Shown here piece after piece: positions 45,847-54,459 of a stretch of 64,000 bases of DNA. The notes below the pieces were generated by a model. The model had not been told where the DNA came from and did no database searches. It saw nothing but the letters and a program-made list of their open reading frames with translations. Source of the stretch: Myxococcota bacterium (GTDB lineage Bacteria > Myxococcota_A > UBA9160 > UBA6930); assembly GCA_036560185.1 (NCBI GenBank), contig DATBRS010000135.1, positions 3,583 to 67,582 on the forward strand, given 5' to 3'. The position numbers and the translations under genes were made by a program. Numbering within the stretch: position 1 is the stretch's first letter; every line of letters starts with the position of its first letter.

Positions 45847-46715
45847 AACAGCACGCGCGCGAGCGCCGGGCGGTACTCCTGCACGAGCGCGTGGTCGCCG
45901 CCCAGCACGCCGAACACGTCGAGCATCGCCTTGCGCGCGGCGTCCTCGGCGAAATGCGCGTCGGCCTCGACGCACGCGAGCAGCTCGGCGAGCGCCGGCT
46001 CGTAGCGCCGCGCGGCAGCGAGCGCGCGCCCGTACTCGATGCGCGCGGCGAGGTCCGCCGGATTCGCGCGCGCGCGCGCTTCGAGCGCGGCGAGCTCGCC
46101 GCCATCCGCGGGCGCCGCGGTGCGCGTGCGCAGCTCCGCGGCGAGCCGCTCCGCCTCCTGCTCGATTGCGGGTACGCCGACGACGCGCTCGAGCAGCGCG
46201 AGTGCATCCTGCAGCGCGCCGCGCTCCCCTAACACCCGCGCGAGCCCGATCAGCGCCGCCGGGTGGCGCGCGTCGTCGCTGAGCGCGGCGCGAAAGCGGT
46301 CCTCCGCCGCGTTGTCGTGGCCCGCGCGCAGCAGCTCGCCGCCCTCTCTCGCGAGCCGATCGGCGGGCGTCGGCAGAATCGCCGCGAGGAAGCGCTTCAC
46401 TTCCGACTCGGGCTGCGCGCCGACGAACTCGCTGCGCGCTTGACCGTCGCGGAACGCGATCACGAGGGGAATGCTGCGCGCGCCCGCGGCCGCGGCGATC
46501 TTCGGGTTCTGGTCGACGTCGACTTTCGCGAGCACGAACGCGCCGCCGTGCTGCGCAGCCTGGCGCTCGAGGATCGGGCCGAGCGTGCGGCAGGGGCCGC
46601 ACCACGGCGCCCAGAAGTCGACGACCACGGGCACCGTCTTCGAGCGCTCGAGCACTTCGCGCTCGAAAGTCGCGTCGGTCACGTCGATCACGAACGAGGC
46701 CGCTGCGGCGGACAT
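45840..46715 (-). CDS. Thioredoxin-domain protein with C-terminal TPR-like region (YbbN/CnoX-type co-chaperone)
   Basis: ATG 46715 inside track ORF 45840-46964. VVVDFWAPWCGPCRTLGPILE (WCGPC) followed by a helical repeat region of about 180 aa. Confidence 0.85.
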   Translation of the reverse strand: MSAAAASFVIDVTDATFEREVLERSKTVPVVVDFWAPWCGPCRTLGPILERQAAQHGGAFVLAKVDVDQNPKIAAAAGARSIPLVIAFRDGQARSEFVGAQPESEVKRFLAAILPTPADRLAREGGELLRAGHDNAAEDRFRAALSDDARHPAALIGLARVLGERGALQDALALLERVVGVPAIEQEAERLAAELRTRTAAPADGGELAALEARARANPADLAARIEYGRALAAARRYEPALAELLACVEADAHFAEDAARKAMLDVFGVLGGDHALVQEYRPALARVLFR

Positions 46716-46729
46716 CGCTGCGCTCACTC

Positions 46730-47059
46730 CTACTGCGCGACTCGCTCGCGCATCAGGGTTTGCAGCTCGCCGTTCTGGAACATCTCGCTGACGATGTCGC
46801 AGCCGCCGATGAACTCGCCGCCCACGTAGAGCTGCGGGATCGTCGGCCAGCGCGAGAAGTCCTTGATGCCTTGCCGGATCGCGGCGTCGGCGAGCACGTC
46901 CACCGTCGTGTAGTCCGGCACGAGCCGGTCGAGCATCTGCACCACGCGCGCCGAGAAGCCGCACTGCGGAAACTCGCGCGTGCCTTTCATGAACAGCACC
47001 ACGCGATCCGAGCCGATGCTTCGCGCGATCCGCGTGCGCGTGTCGTCATCGAGCGCCAT
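46730..47059 (-). CDS. grxD: Grx4-family monothiol glutaredoxin
   Basis: ATG 47059 follows [22 protein letters not shown] (CGFS) and [19 protein letters not shown]. 109 aa. The gap to the downstream thioredoxin gene is 14 nt. Confidence 0.9.
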   Translation of the reverse strand: MALDDDTRTRIARSIGSDRVVLFMKGTREFPQCGFSARVVQMLDRLVPDYTTVDVLADAAIRQGIKDFSRWPTIPQLYVGGEFIGGCDIVSEMFQNGELQTLMRERVAQ

Positions 47060-47255
47060 GCATTCTCCTTCATCTCCGCGAGCCGTTGCGAGCGATCTTC
47101 TGGGCGCCGCCGCAGCGCCAGCGGGACGCCATCGCGGTTCGACTCGCTGCAAGGGCCCTCGCGGCGGCCGCCTCCGCTTGCCGGCAAGGTACGAGATGCT
47201 GTAGGAATCGGTCAACGTGCTCCGCTCTCCAACCCTTCGAGGATGAAGACGAAAG

Positions 47256-47609
47256 ATGCCGTGGGTAATTACGAGCCTGTGCCGCGACTGCGTCGATCAA
47301 GCGTGCGTCGAGGTTTGTCCCGTGGACTGCATCTACGAGTACAAGGGCGACGATCGCGACACGTTCCCGAATCAGCTCTTCATCGATCCCGAAGAGTGCA
47401 TCGACTGCGGCGTCTGTGAGCCGGAGTGCCCGTGGGAGGCGATCTTCGAGGATGAGCGCGTGCCGGACGTGTTCACCGCCGACATCAAGCTGAATGCGGC
47501 GATCACGGAGACGAAGGACGCCTTCGAGGTGCCCGACAAAGGCGAGAAGCCGCGTCCGACACCCGCGCAGGTGCTGCAGAACAAGCAGAAGTGGGGCTAC
47601 GCGGGCTGA
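47256..47609 (+). CDS. fdxA: Ferredoxin (FdxA-type, [3Fe-4S][4Fe-4S])
   Basis: Track ORF (117 aa). [19 protein letters not shown] and [22 protein letters not shown] cluster motifs. Confidence 0.88.
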   Translation: MPWVITSLCRDCVDQACVEVCPVDCIYEYKGDDRDTFPNQLFIDPEECIDCGVCEPECPWEAIFEDERVPDVFTADIKLNAAITETKDAFEVPDKGEKPRPTPAQVLQNKQKWGYAG

Positions 47610-47684
47610 GGCGCGGCGCGCCGCCGGAGCGGCGCGCGACGGAACGCCACGGATCTGCGGCCCGAGAGCGGAGATCAGCGAGCC

Positions 47685-48743
47685 GTGGCGCAGCAACTCG
47701 AACGAAACGACGAGCCGGCGGAGCTCTCGCCCGCGCTCGCCGATGCGCTCGGACGCAAGCTGCACGATCTGCGCATCTCGGTGACGGATCGCTGCAACTT
47801 CCGCTGTCCGTACTGCATGCCCGCCGAGACTTTCGGGCCTGGCTTCAAGTTCCTGCCGCGCCGAGAAGTGCTCAGCTACGAGGAGATCGCGCGGCTCGCA
47901 CGCGTGTTCGTGTCGCTCGGCACGCGCAAGCTCCGCATCACCGGCGGCGAGCCGCTGGTGCGCGCCGACCTGCACGAGCTGATCGAGCAGCTCGGCGCGA
48001 TTCCCGGCGTCGAGGACATCGCGCTCACGACCAACGGGCACTTGCTCGAGAAGTTCGCGGCGCCGCTCGCGCGCGCTGGCCTGCGGCGCGTGACCGTCAG
48101 CCTCGACAGCCACGACCCGGAAGTGTTCAAGCGCATGAGCGGCGGCTTCTCCGCGCCCGAGCGGGTGCTGCGCGGCATCGACGCGGCGGTCGCGGCGGGC
48201 ATGGGCCCGATCAAGATCAACTGCGTCGTGCAGCGCGGCGTGAACGAGCACACGCTGGTCGAGCTCGCCGCGCGCTTCCGCGGCACCGGGCAGATCGTGC
48301 GCTTCATCGAGTACATGGACGTCGGCACCGCGAACGGCTGGGAGCTCGCGCAGGTCGTGCCCGCGCGCGAAATCGTCGCGCGCATCGGCGAGCGCTTCCC
48401 GCTCGAGCCCGTGGGCGCGAACTACGCGGGCGAGGTCGCGAAGCGCTGGCGCTACCTGGACGGGCAGGGGGAGATCGGCGTGATCTCGTCCGTCACCCAG
48501 CCGTTCTGCGGCGGCTGCACGCGCGCGCGGCTCTCCGCGGAGGGCTCGCTCGTGACCTGCCTGTTCGCGACGGCCGGCCGCGACTTGAAGGCGCCGCTGC
48601 GCGCGGGCGCGAGCGACGAGGCGCTGCGCGCAGTGATTACGGGCGTGTGGAGCCGGCGCCGCGATCGCTACTCCGAAGAGCGCACCGAGCTCGCCGCCGC
48701 GCGCGCGGGCCAGCGAATCGAGATGTTCAGGCTCGGAGGATGA
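47685..48743 (+). CDS. moaA: GTP 3',8-cyclase MoaA (radical SAM)
   Basis: Track ORF (352 aa). LRISVTDRCNFRCPYCMP (CxxxCxxC), ITGGEPL, and C-terminal second cluster FCGGCTRARLS. Confidence 0.93.
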   Translation: MAQQLERNDEPAELSPALADALGRKLHDLRISVTDRCNFRCPYCMPAETFGPGFKFLPRREVLSYEEIARLARVFVSLGTRKLRITGGEPLVRADLHELIEQLGAIPGVEDIALTTNGHLLEKFAAPLARAGLRRVTVSLDSHDPEVFKRMSGGFSAPERVLRGIDAAVAAGMGPIKINCVVQRGVNEHTLVELAARFRGTGQIVRFIEYMDVGTANGWELAQVVPAREIVARIGERFPLEPVGANYAGEVAKRWRYLDGQGEIGVISSVTQPFCGGCTRARLSAEGSLVTCLFATAGRDLKAPLRAGASDEALRAVITGVWSRRRDRYSEERTELAAARAGQRIEMFRLGG

Positions 48744-48771
48744 GCCTCCGCTCGGCGGATTCCTGCTCGCC

Positions 48772-51003
48772 GTGCGGGCCGGCTCGCGAAGGCAGGCGGT
48801 GAAGCCGCGCGCGCGGGCGGCGCGCGAGGTCGTGCTCGTTGGCGGCGGGCACGCCCACGTGCAGGTGATTCGGCGCTGGGCGATGGCGCCGCTCCCGGAT
48901 GCGCGCCTGAGCGTGGTGCTCGATCGCGCCGAGGCGCTCTACTCGGGCATGGTCCCCGGCTTCGTGGCGGGCGACTACAGCGCGGCGGAGTGCGAGATCG
49001 ACGTCGTCCCGCTCGCGCGCCGCGCCGGCGCCCGCGTGATCCTCGCCTCCGCGACCGCGGTCGATGCGCGCGCCCAGCGCATCGCGCTCGAGGGCCGGCC
49101 GCCCATCGCCTACGACGTCGCGAGCCTCGACGTCGGCTCGACCGTGCGCGGGCTCGAGCTGCCGGGCGTGCGAGAGCACGCGCTCGCGACGCGGCCGATC
49201 CGCGCGTTCGTGGACCAGATCGACGCAGCGCTGGCGCGTGCCGCCGCGCGCGCGCCGGAGCGGGCGCGGCTGCTGGTCGTGGGCGCTGGCGCGGCAGGCG
49301 TCGAGATCGCGTTCACGCTGGAGGCGCGGCTGCGCGCGCGCGGCGCGCGCTTCGAGCTCGCGCTCGTCACCGACACGGCGGAGCTCTTGGCTTCGTCTCG
49401 CGCGCTGGCGCGCCGCGCGCGCGCCGAGGCGGAAGCGCGCGGGATCCGCGTGCACACGAGCGCGCGCGTGACGCGCATCGAGCCGCGCGCGCTCGTGCTG
49501 GAGAGCGGCGCTGCGCTCGCCTGCGATCTCGCGATCTGGGCGACGGGCGCGGCGCCGGTCGCGCTGCTCGCCGCCAGCGCGCTGCCGCGCGACGACGCCG
49601 GCTTCGTGCGCGTGCGCGACACGCTCCAGGTCGAGGGGCACGACGCGCTGTTCGCGGTGGGCGACTGCGCTGCGCTCACGAGCGCGCCCTGGCTGCCGAA
49701 GGCCGGCGTCTACGCCGTGCGCGAGGGGCCCGTGCTGGCGGACAACCTGCGCCGCGCGCTCTCCGGCGCGCCGCTGCGCCGCTACCGCCCGCAGCGCGAC
49801 TTCCTCGCGCTACTCAACCTCGGCGAACGCCGCGCGCTCGGCGCGAAGTGGGGCGTCGCCTTCGCCGGCGCGCGCGCGTGGCAGCTCAAGGACGCGATCG
49901 ACCGGCGCTTCGTGCGCCGCTTCCAGGTGTTGGGGCGGGACGGCGCAGCCACGGCCGAGTTTCCGCCGATGCCCGAGGCGGACGCGATGCCGTGCGGCGG
50001 GTGCGCGGCGAAAGTCTCGGCGCGCGCGCTCGCGGACGTACTCGCCGCGCTCCCGCCCGCCCCGCCCGATGCGCGCGTCGTGCTCGGCCTCGAAGCGCGC
50101 GACGACGCGGCCGCGTTCCGCAGCGCGCGCGGCGACGTCCTGCTCGCGACCGTCGACGGGTTTCGCGCTTTCTGCGACGACGCCTGGCTGGTGGGACGCG
50201 TCGCGGCGCTCAACGCGCTCTCCGATGTCCATGCGAAGGGGGGCACGCCGCGGCACGCGCTGTGCTGGGTCACGGTTCCAGAAGACGGTGCAGAGGCGGC
50301 GCTCGCGGAGGTGCTCGCTGGCGTCCGGCGCGAGCTCGACGCGCTCGGCGTGTCGCTGGTCGGCGGCCACTCGACGCTCGGCTCCGAGCTCTCGGTGGGC
50401 CTCGCGGTGATCGGCGAGCTGGAGAACGGCGTGCCGCCGCTCACGCGGGCCGGCCTCGCGCCCGGCGACGTGCTCTTGCTCACGAAGCCGCTCGGCACCG
50501 GCATCGTGCTCGCGGCGGACATGCGCGGCCTCGCGCGCGGCGCGTGGGTGGGCGCGGCGCACGCCTCGATGCTGCGCGCAAACGCGAGCGCCGCCGCGGT
50601 GGCGCGCCGCTTCGCCAGCGCGTGCACCGACGTCTCGGGCTTCGGCCTCGCGGGCCACCTCGGCGAGATGCTCGCGGCAGCCGGCGTCGGCGCGGATCTC
50701 GACGCGCGCGCGCTGCCCGCACTCCCGGGGGCGCGCGAAGCGCTCGCGCACGGCGTGCGCAGCACCTTTGCAGCCTTGGCTGCGGAGGCCGCGCCCCCGC
50801 TGATCGGAGGCGATGCGGAGGCCCACGCCCTCGCGTGCGATCCGCAGACCTCCGGTGGCCTCCTCTTCGGCGTCGCGCCGGAGCACGCTCAGGAGGCCCT
50901 CGCCGCACTGCACGGCGGCGGCGACCCGAACGCCGCCGCGATCGGCATCGTCGCGAGGGACGGGGTGCGCATCCGCTTCGAAGCGCGCTCACTCGAGCCT
51001 TAG
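48772..51003 (+). CDS. selD: Bifunctional FAD-dependent pyridine nucleotide-disulfide oxidoreductase (NADH dehydrogenase-like) / selenide, water dikinase SelD
   Basis: Track ORF (743 aa, GTG start). N-terminal VVLVGGGHAH, VVGAGAAGVE and FAVGDCA. From about aa 395 the SelD part: MPCGGCAAKV glycine-rich loop with Cys and Lys, DDAAAF, NALSDVHAKGG and GGHSTLG. Confidence 0.88.
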   Translation: MRAGSRRQAVKPRARAAREVVLVGGGHAHVQVIRRWAMAPLPDARLSVVLDRAEALYSGMVPGFVAGDYSAAECEIDVVPLARRAGARVILASATAVDARAQRIALEGRPPIAYDVASLDVGSTVRGLELPGVREHALATRPIRAFVDQIDAALARAAARAPERARLLVVGAGAAGVEIAFTLEARLRARGARFELALVTDTAELLASSRALARRARAEAEARGIRVHTSARVTRIEPRALVLESGAALACDLAIWATGAAPVALLAASALPRDDAGFVRVRDTLQVEGHDALFAVGDCAALTSAPWLPKAGVYAVREGPVLADNLRRALSGAPLRRYRPQRDFLALLNLGERRALGAKWGVAFAGARAWQLKDAIDRRFVRRFQVLGRDGAATAEFPPMPEADAMPCGGCAAKVSARALADVLAALPPAPPDARVVLGLEARDDAAAFRSARGDVLLATVDGFRAFCDDAWLVGRVAALNALSDVHAKGGTPRHALCWVTVPEDGAEAALAEVLAGVRRELDALGVSLVGGHSTLGSELSVGLAVIGELENGVPPLTRAGLAPGDVLLLTKPLGTGIVLAADMRGLARGAWVGAAHASMLRANASAAAVARRFASACTDVSGFGLAGHLGEMLAAAGVGADLDARALPALPGAREALAHGVRSTFAALAAEAAPPLIGGDAEAHALACDPQTSGGLLFGVAPEHAQEALAALHGGGDPNAAAIGIVARDGVRIRFEARSLEP

Positions 51004-52245
51004 GAATTGCCAGTTCGCGCTCGCCGAGGCGCCGAGGGGGATCGTCCGCGTCTGCCAGCGCGTCGTAGATCCGCTCGCGCGAAGCGGCAGGACCGCGAGC
51101 CCGGCGAGGCGCGAGCTCGAGCCGGTGACGAGATCGTCCTTTCCGTCGGAGTCGAGATCGACCACGCCGCGGACGCGCGTGCCCGGCGCGAGCGTCGTCG
51201 CGTTCCCGACCTTCGGCGCGCCGGCGGCCGCGAGAAACCAGACGTCGAGCGCGACACCGGACGACGTCAGGTGACGCCAGACGAGGTCTTCCACGCCGTT
51301 CGCGTCGAGGTCGCCAACGCCGACGACCGAAGCCGAGGCGGCGGAGTAGCCGAGCGATACGACGGCGTGCGGAACCGCGCCGCGCATCCGCCAGACCTCG
51401 AGCGCGCGCGTGAGCGTGTTCTGCCACACGAGGTCGGGAAAGCCGTCGCCGTCGGTGTCGCACACCGCCGCGAGCAGCGCTCCGGCGGGCGCGGGGTCGA
51501 CGGCGAGCGCGGTGCGCGCGCCGCCAACGCCGAGGACCCAGAGCACGCTCTCGCCAGTGAGCGCGTCGTGCCACAGGATGTCCGCCACGCGATCGCCGGA
51601 GAAGTCGCGGAATGCGACGAGCTCGAAGCGCGCGGGGCGCATCAGCAGCGGCACCACCGTGTAGGTGAGGCCTCGCATCAGCCAGAGCTCGTTCGCGCCG
51701 GTCGCGCCGTTGCGCCAGATGACGTCGGCGCGGCCGTCCCCGTCGACGTCGGCAAATCCGGCCGGCTGCATCGCGGGATCGCGCGGCGCGCCGATCGTCA
51801 CCCAACGCCGAGCGCCGGACGCATCGAGCAGCACCGCGTTCAACACACCGCTCGCGACGTCGAGCGCGAGGGCGTCGCTGCGGCCGTTGCCGTCGAGGTC
51901 GGCGCCAGGGCTCGCGGAGGGCAGGGGCGACATGAACGTAAGCGTGTCGGAGAGCGGCGAGACGGGGCCCCTCCGCCCGCTCGCGTCGAACGCCGCGACG
52001 CGCACGGCGACCGTGTCGCCGACCGCGCCGGAGACCTGCGCAGCGGCACCCGCGACGCGCGTCTCCACCGCGAACGCGCGGCCGCCGCGCGAGACCTGCA
52101 CGTCGTATCCCGCCACCGGCCCGCTCGCGGCCGCCCATGTGAGGCGCACCGTCGTCCCCTGCACGTTCGCGGCGAGCGCGGCCTCCGCCGACAGCATCCC
52201 CGCCACCAATACCATGAACGCACGAAGCCCTCGGCTGCTCTGCAT
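50989..52245 (-). CDS. Secreted FG-GAP/VCBS-repeat beta-propeller protein with N-terminal FN3-like domain
   Basis: ATG 52245 (alternative 52263) inside track ORF 50989-52629. Signal MQSSRGLRAFMVLVAGMLSAEAALA. Six repeats of type DVDGDGRADVIWRN, DTDGDGFPDLVWQN and DLDANGVEDLVWRH. Confidence 0.8.
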   Translation of the reverse strand: MQSSRGLRAFMVLVAGMLSAEAALAANVQGTTVRLTWAAASGPVAGYDVQVSRGGRAFAVETRVAGAAAQVSGAVGDTVAVRVAAFDASGRRGPVSPLSDTLTFMSPLPSASPGADLDGNGRSDALALDVASGVLNAVLLDASGARRWVTIGAPRDPAMQPAGFADVDGDGRADVIWRNGATGANELWLMRGLTYTVVPLLMRPARFELVAFRDFSGDRVADILWHDALTGESVLWVLGVGGARTALAVDPAPAGALLAAVCDTDGDGFPDLVWQNTLTRALEVWRMRGAVPHAVVSLGYSAASASVVGVGDLDANGVEDLVWRHLTSSGVALDVWFLAAAGAPKVGNATTLAPGTRVRGVVDLDSDGKDDLVTGSSSRLAGLAVLPLRASGSTTRWQTRTIPLGASASANWQFLRLE

Positions 52246-52248
52246 CGA

Positions 52249-52257
52249 CCCCCCCCC
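52249..52257 (-). repeat. Homopolymeric G9 tract (C9 on plus strand) at the 5' end of the FG-GAP gene
   Basis: The minus strand reads ATGGGCGGGGGGGGGTCGATGCAG. The tract sits between the two candidate ATGs (52263 and 52245). Confidence 0.9.
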
Positions 52258-52414
52258 GCCCATAACAACTGGACGGCGCGCAGGTTGCCGATCGGATCGA
52301 GCGGGTGGAGTGAGCCGACTCACCGTCCGCGCGGGTTCGCGAGAAAGTTCGTGCGCCGCGCGTGCGCGATTGGTGAGCCCGCGCACGCGAATCGCGTGAC
52401 GGGATCGCGCGCGC

Positions 52415-53617
52415 TCAGACCAGCGCGCCGCTCGCGCGCAGCGTCGCCAACTCCGCGTCGCTCTTGCCGAGCTCGCGCAGTACCTCGTCGCCGTGCTGTC
52501 CGCGCGCGGGCGCCATCCAGCGCGGAGTCCAGGGCGTGCCAGCGAAGTCGGCGGGGGTCGCGGGGAACGTGGTCGTCGTGCCGGCGTCGGGCACCTCGAC
52601 GAAGCCGCCGGCCGCGTGCGCCTGCGCATCGGCGATCACCTCCTCGAGGTCCTGTACCGGCGCCCACCACATGTCCTCGATCGCGTCGAAGATCGCCGCC
52701 CACTCGGCGCGGGTCTTCTGGGCGAACTCGGCGTCGAGCAGCGCGATCAGCGCGGCGGCGTTCTGCGCGCGATCGCGCGGCGTCGCGAAGCGCGGGTCTG
52801 CAATCCACTCCGGATGCCCGGCGGCCTTGCACAGCGGCGGCCAATGCCGATCGGCCTCGAGCCCGACCACCCAGAACCACTTGCCGTCGCTCGCTCGATA
52901 GTTGTTGATGCACGGGTTGCCCATCGAGGCGCGCCGCGCGACGGCGAGGCCGGTGCCGAGCCGCAGTGCGGTCGCGAGATCGAACGACAGCGTGTAGAGG
53001 CCCTGCCGCAACAAGGAGGTCGAGACGAGCTGGCCCGCGCCCGTGCGCGCGCGCGCGACGAGCGCGGCGCTGATCGCGCCCGCGAGCACCATGCCGGTGC
53101 CGTGATCGCCCATGCCGCCGCGCTGGAACGGCGGGTGGGAGCCCGGCTGCGTGAGCATGTGCGCGATGCCCGAGCGCGCCCAGAAGCCCGAGATGTCGTA
53201 GGCGGCCTTGTCCTTCTCCGCACCCTCGGTGCCGTAGCCTGTGATCAGTCCGTAGATCAGGCGCGGGTGCTTCGCGAGCAGTGTGCCCGCATCGAGGCCG
53301 AGCCGCGCGAGCGCGGCGGGGCGCACGTTCGTCACGAACACGTCGGCGCGTGCAATCAGCTCGCCCGCGAGCGCGCGTCCGTCGGGCTTGGCGAGGTCGA
53401 TGCCGATCGAGCGCTTGCTGCGGTTGTCCATCTCGAAGGGCGGGTTGAAGGGCAGGTCGCCGCCGAGCATGAATTGAAACAGGCGCGCGGGATCGCCGAT
53501 GCCCGGCGGCTCGATCTTGACGACGTCCGCGCCCCAATCGGCGAGGATCCCGCCCGCCGCGGGCCCCGCGATCCAGACTCCGAGCTCGACGACGCGAATC
53601 CCTTCCAGCGGTCCCAT
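52415..53617 (-). CDS. CaiB/BaiF family III CoA-transferase
   Basis: ATG 53617 inside track ORF 52415-54064. GIRVVELGVWIAGPAAGGILADWGADVVKIEPP, ADVFVTNVRP and GYG...YD are family III CoA-transferase blocks. Confidence 0.9.
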   Translation of the reverse strand: MGPLEGIRVVELGVWIAGPAAGGILADWGADVVKIEPPGIGDPARLFQFMLGGDLPFNPPFEMDNRSKRSIGIDLAKPDGRALAGELIARADVFVTNVRPAALARLGLDAGTLLAKHPRLIYGLITGYGTEGAEKDKAAYDISGFWARSGIAHMLTQPGSHPPFQRGGMGDHGTGMVLAGAISAALVARARTGAGQLVSTSLLRQGLYTLSFDLATALRLGTGLAVARRASMGNPCINNYRASDGKWFWVVGLEADRHWPPLCKAAGHPEWIADPRFATPRDRAQNAAALIALLDAEFAQKTRAEWAAIFDAIEDMWWAPVQDLEEVIADAQAHAAGGFVEVPDAGTTTTFPATPADFAGTPWTPRWMAPARGQHGDEVLRELGKSDAELATLRASGALV

Positions 53618-53689
53618 GCGCGATCTCCGTTTCGTTCCTGCGAGCGCGCGACGGTACCCCGAGTGAGCGCGTGCTCCCGCGCGGCTAGG

Positions 53690-54454
53690 GTGCTCCGCGT
53701 GCCGCGCGACATCTCCCTCTACACCGAATCGTTCGCAGCGCGCGCGGCCTACGACACGAGCGTCTCGCGCGCGCTGCTGCACGCCGCGGCGCGCGGCGAG
53801 GCGCGCGAATCGCTGCGCCTGCACACGCCGGGCGACGTCGTCGCGTTCTCGGTGCTCGACCGCGCGCGTCCCGGCTTTCGCGAGGCCGTCGCCGCGGCGC
53901 GCGCCGGCGGCTGGGGCGCGATCCTGCGCCTCGCGGGCGGGCGCGCGGCGGTGTTTCACGCCGAGACGGTCGCGTTCGCGTGGTGCATCCCCGATGCCGA
54001 GCCACGCGGGTCGATCGCGCGTCGCTTCGACTGGATGGCCGGAGTGGTGGCGCGCGCGCTCCAATCACTCGGGGTGGACGCGCGCGTCGGTGCCGTGCCC
54101 GGCGAGTATTGCCCCGGCGACCACAGCGTGAACGCGCGCGGCGCGCGCAAGCTGATGGGCGTCGGGCAGCGGCTGGTGAAGGGCGCGGCGCACGTCGGCG
54201 GCGTGATCGTCGTGCGCGACGCCGCGCGCGTGCGCGACGCGCTCGTGCCCGTCTACGCCGCGATGGGCGTCGACTGGGATCCCGCGACGGCGGGCGCGGT
54301 CGAGGACGAGGTGCCCGGCGTTGCGCGCGCCGACGTGCTGGCCGCGCTCCAGCGCGAGATCGCACGCGAGGCGGAGCTGATCCCCGAGCAGCTCGACGGG
54401 CGCTGGCTGGCCGAGGCGGAAACGCTCGCGCCCGAGCACGCGCTCGAGGCGTGA
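53690..54454 (+). CDS. Lipoate-protein ligase family (BPL/LplA/LipB catalytic domain) protein
   Basis: GTG 53690 (or 53699) in the frame of track ORF 52493-54454. LRLHTPGDVVAFS, RLAGGRAAVFH, and the catalytic-Lys context NARGARKLMGVGQR. Confidence 0.75.
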   Translation: MLRVPRDISLYTESFAARAAYDTSVSRALLHAAARGEARESLRLHTPGDVVAFSVLDRARPGFREAVAAARAGGWGAILRLAGGRAAVFHAETVAFAWCIPDAEPRGSIARRFDWMAGVVARALQSLGVDARVGAVPGEYCPGDHSVNARGARKLMGVGQRLVKGAAHVGGVIVVRDAARVRDALVPVYAAMGVDWDPATAGAVEDEVPGVARADVLAALQREIAREAELIPEQLDGRWLAEAETLAPEHALEA

Positions 54455-54459
54455 GCGCG

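Noticed and set aside
47178-47208. Sigma-70-like promoter TTGCCG-N18-TAGGAA upstream of fdxA, including the palindrome TTGCCGGCAA
   Set aside because: The hexamer matches are weak and the spacing is only borderline. There is not enough evidence to report it as a feature.
49950-50010. Selenocysteine codon in selD
   Set aside because: The active-site loop is encoded as PCGGCAAKV with Cys codons, and the ORF has no in-frame TGA.
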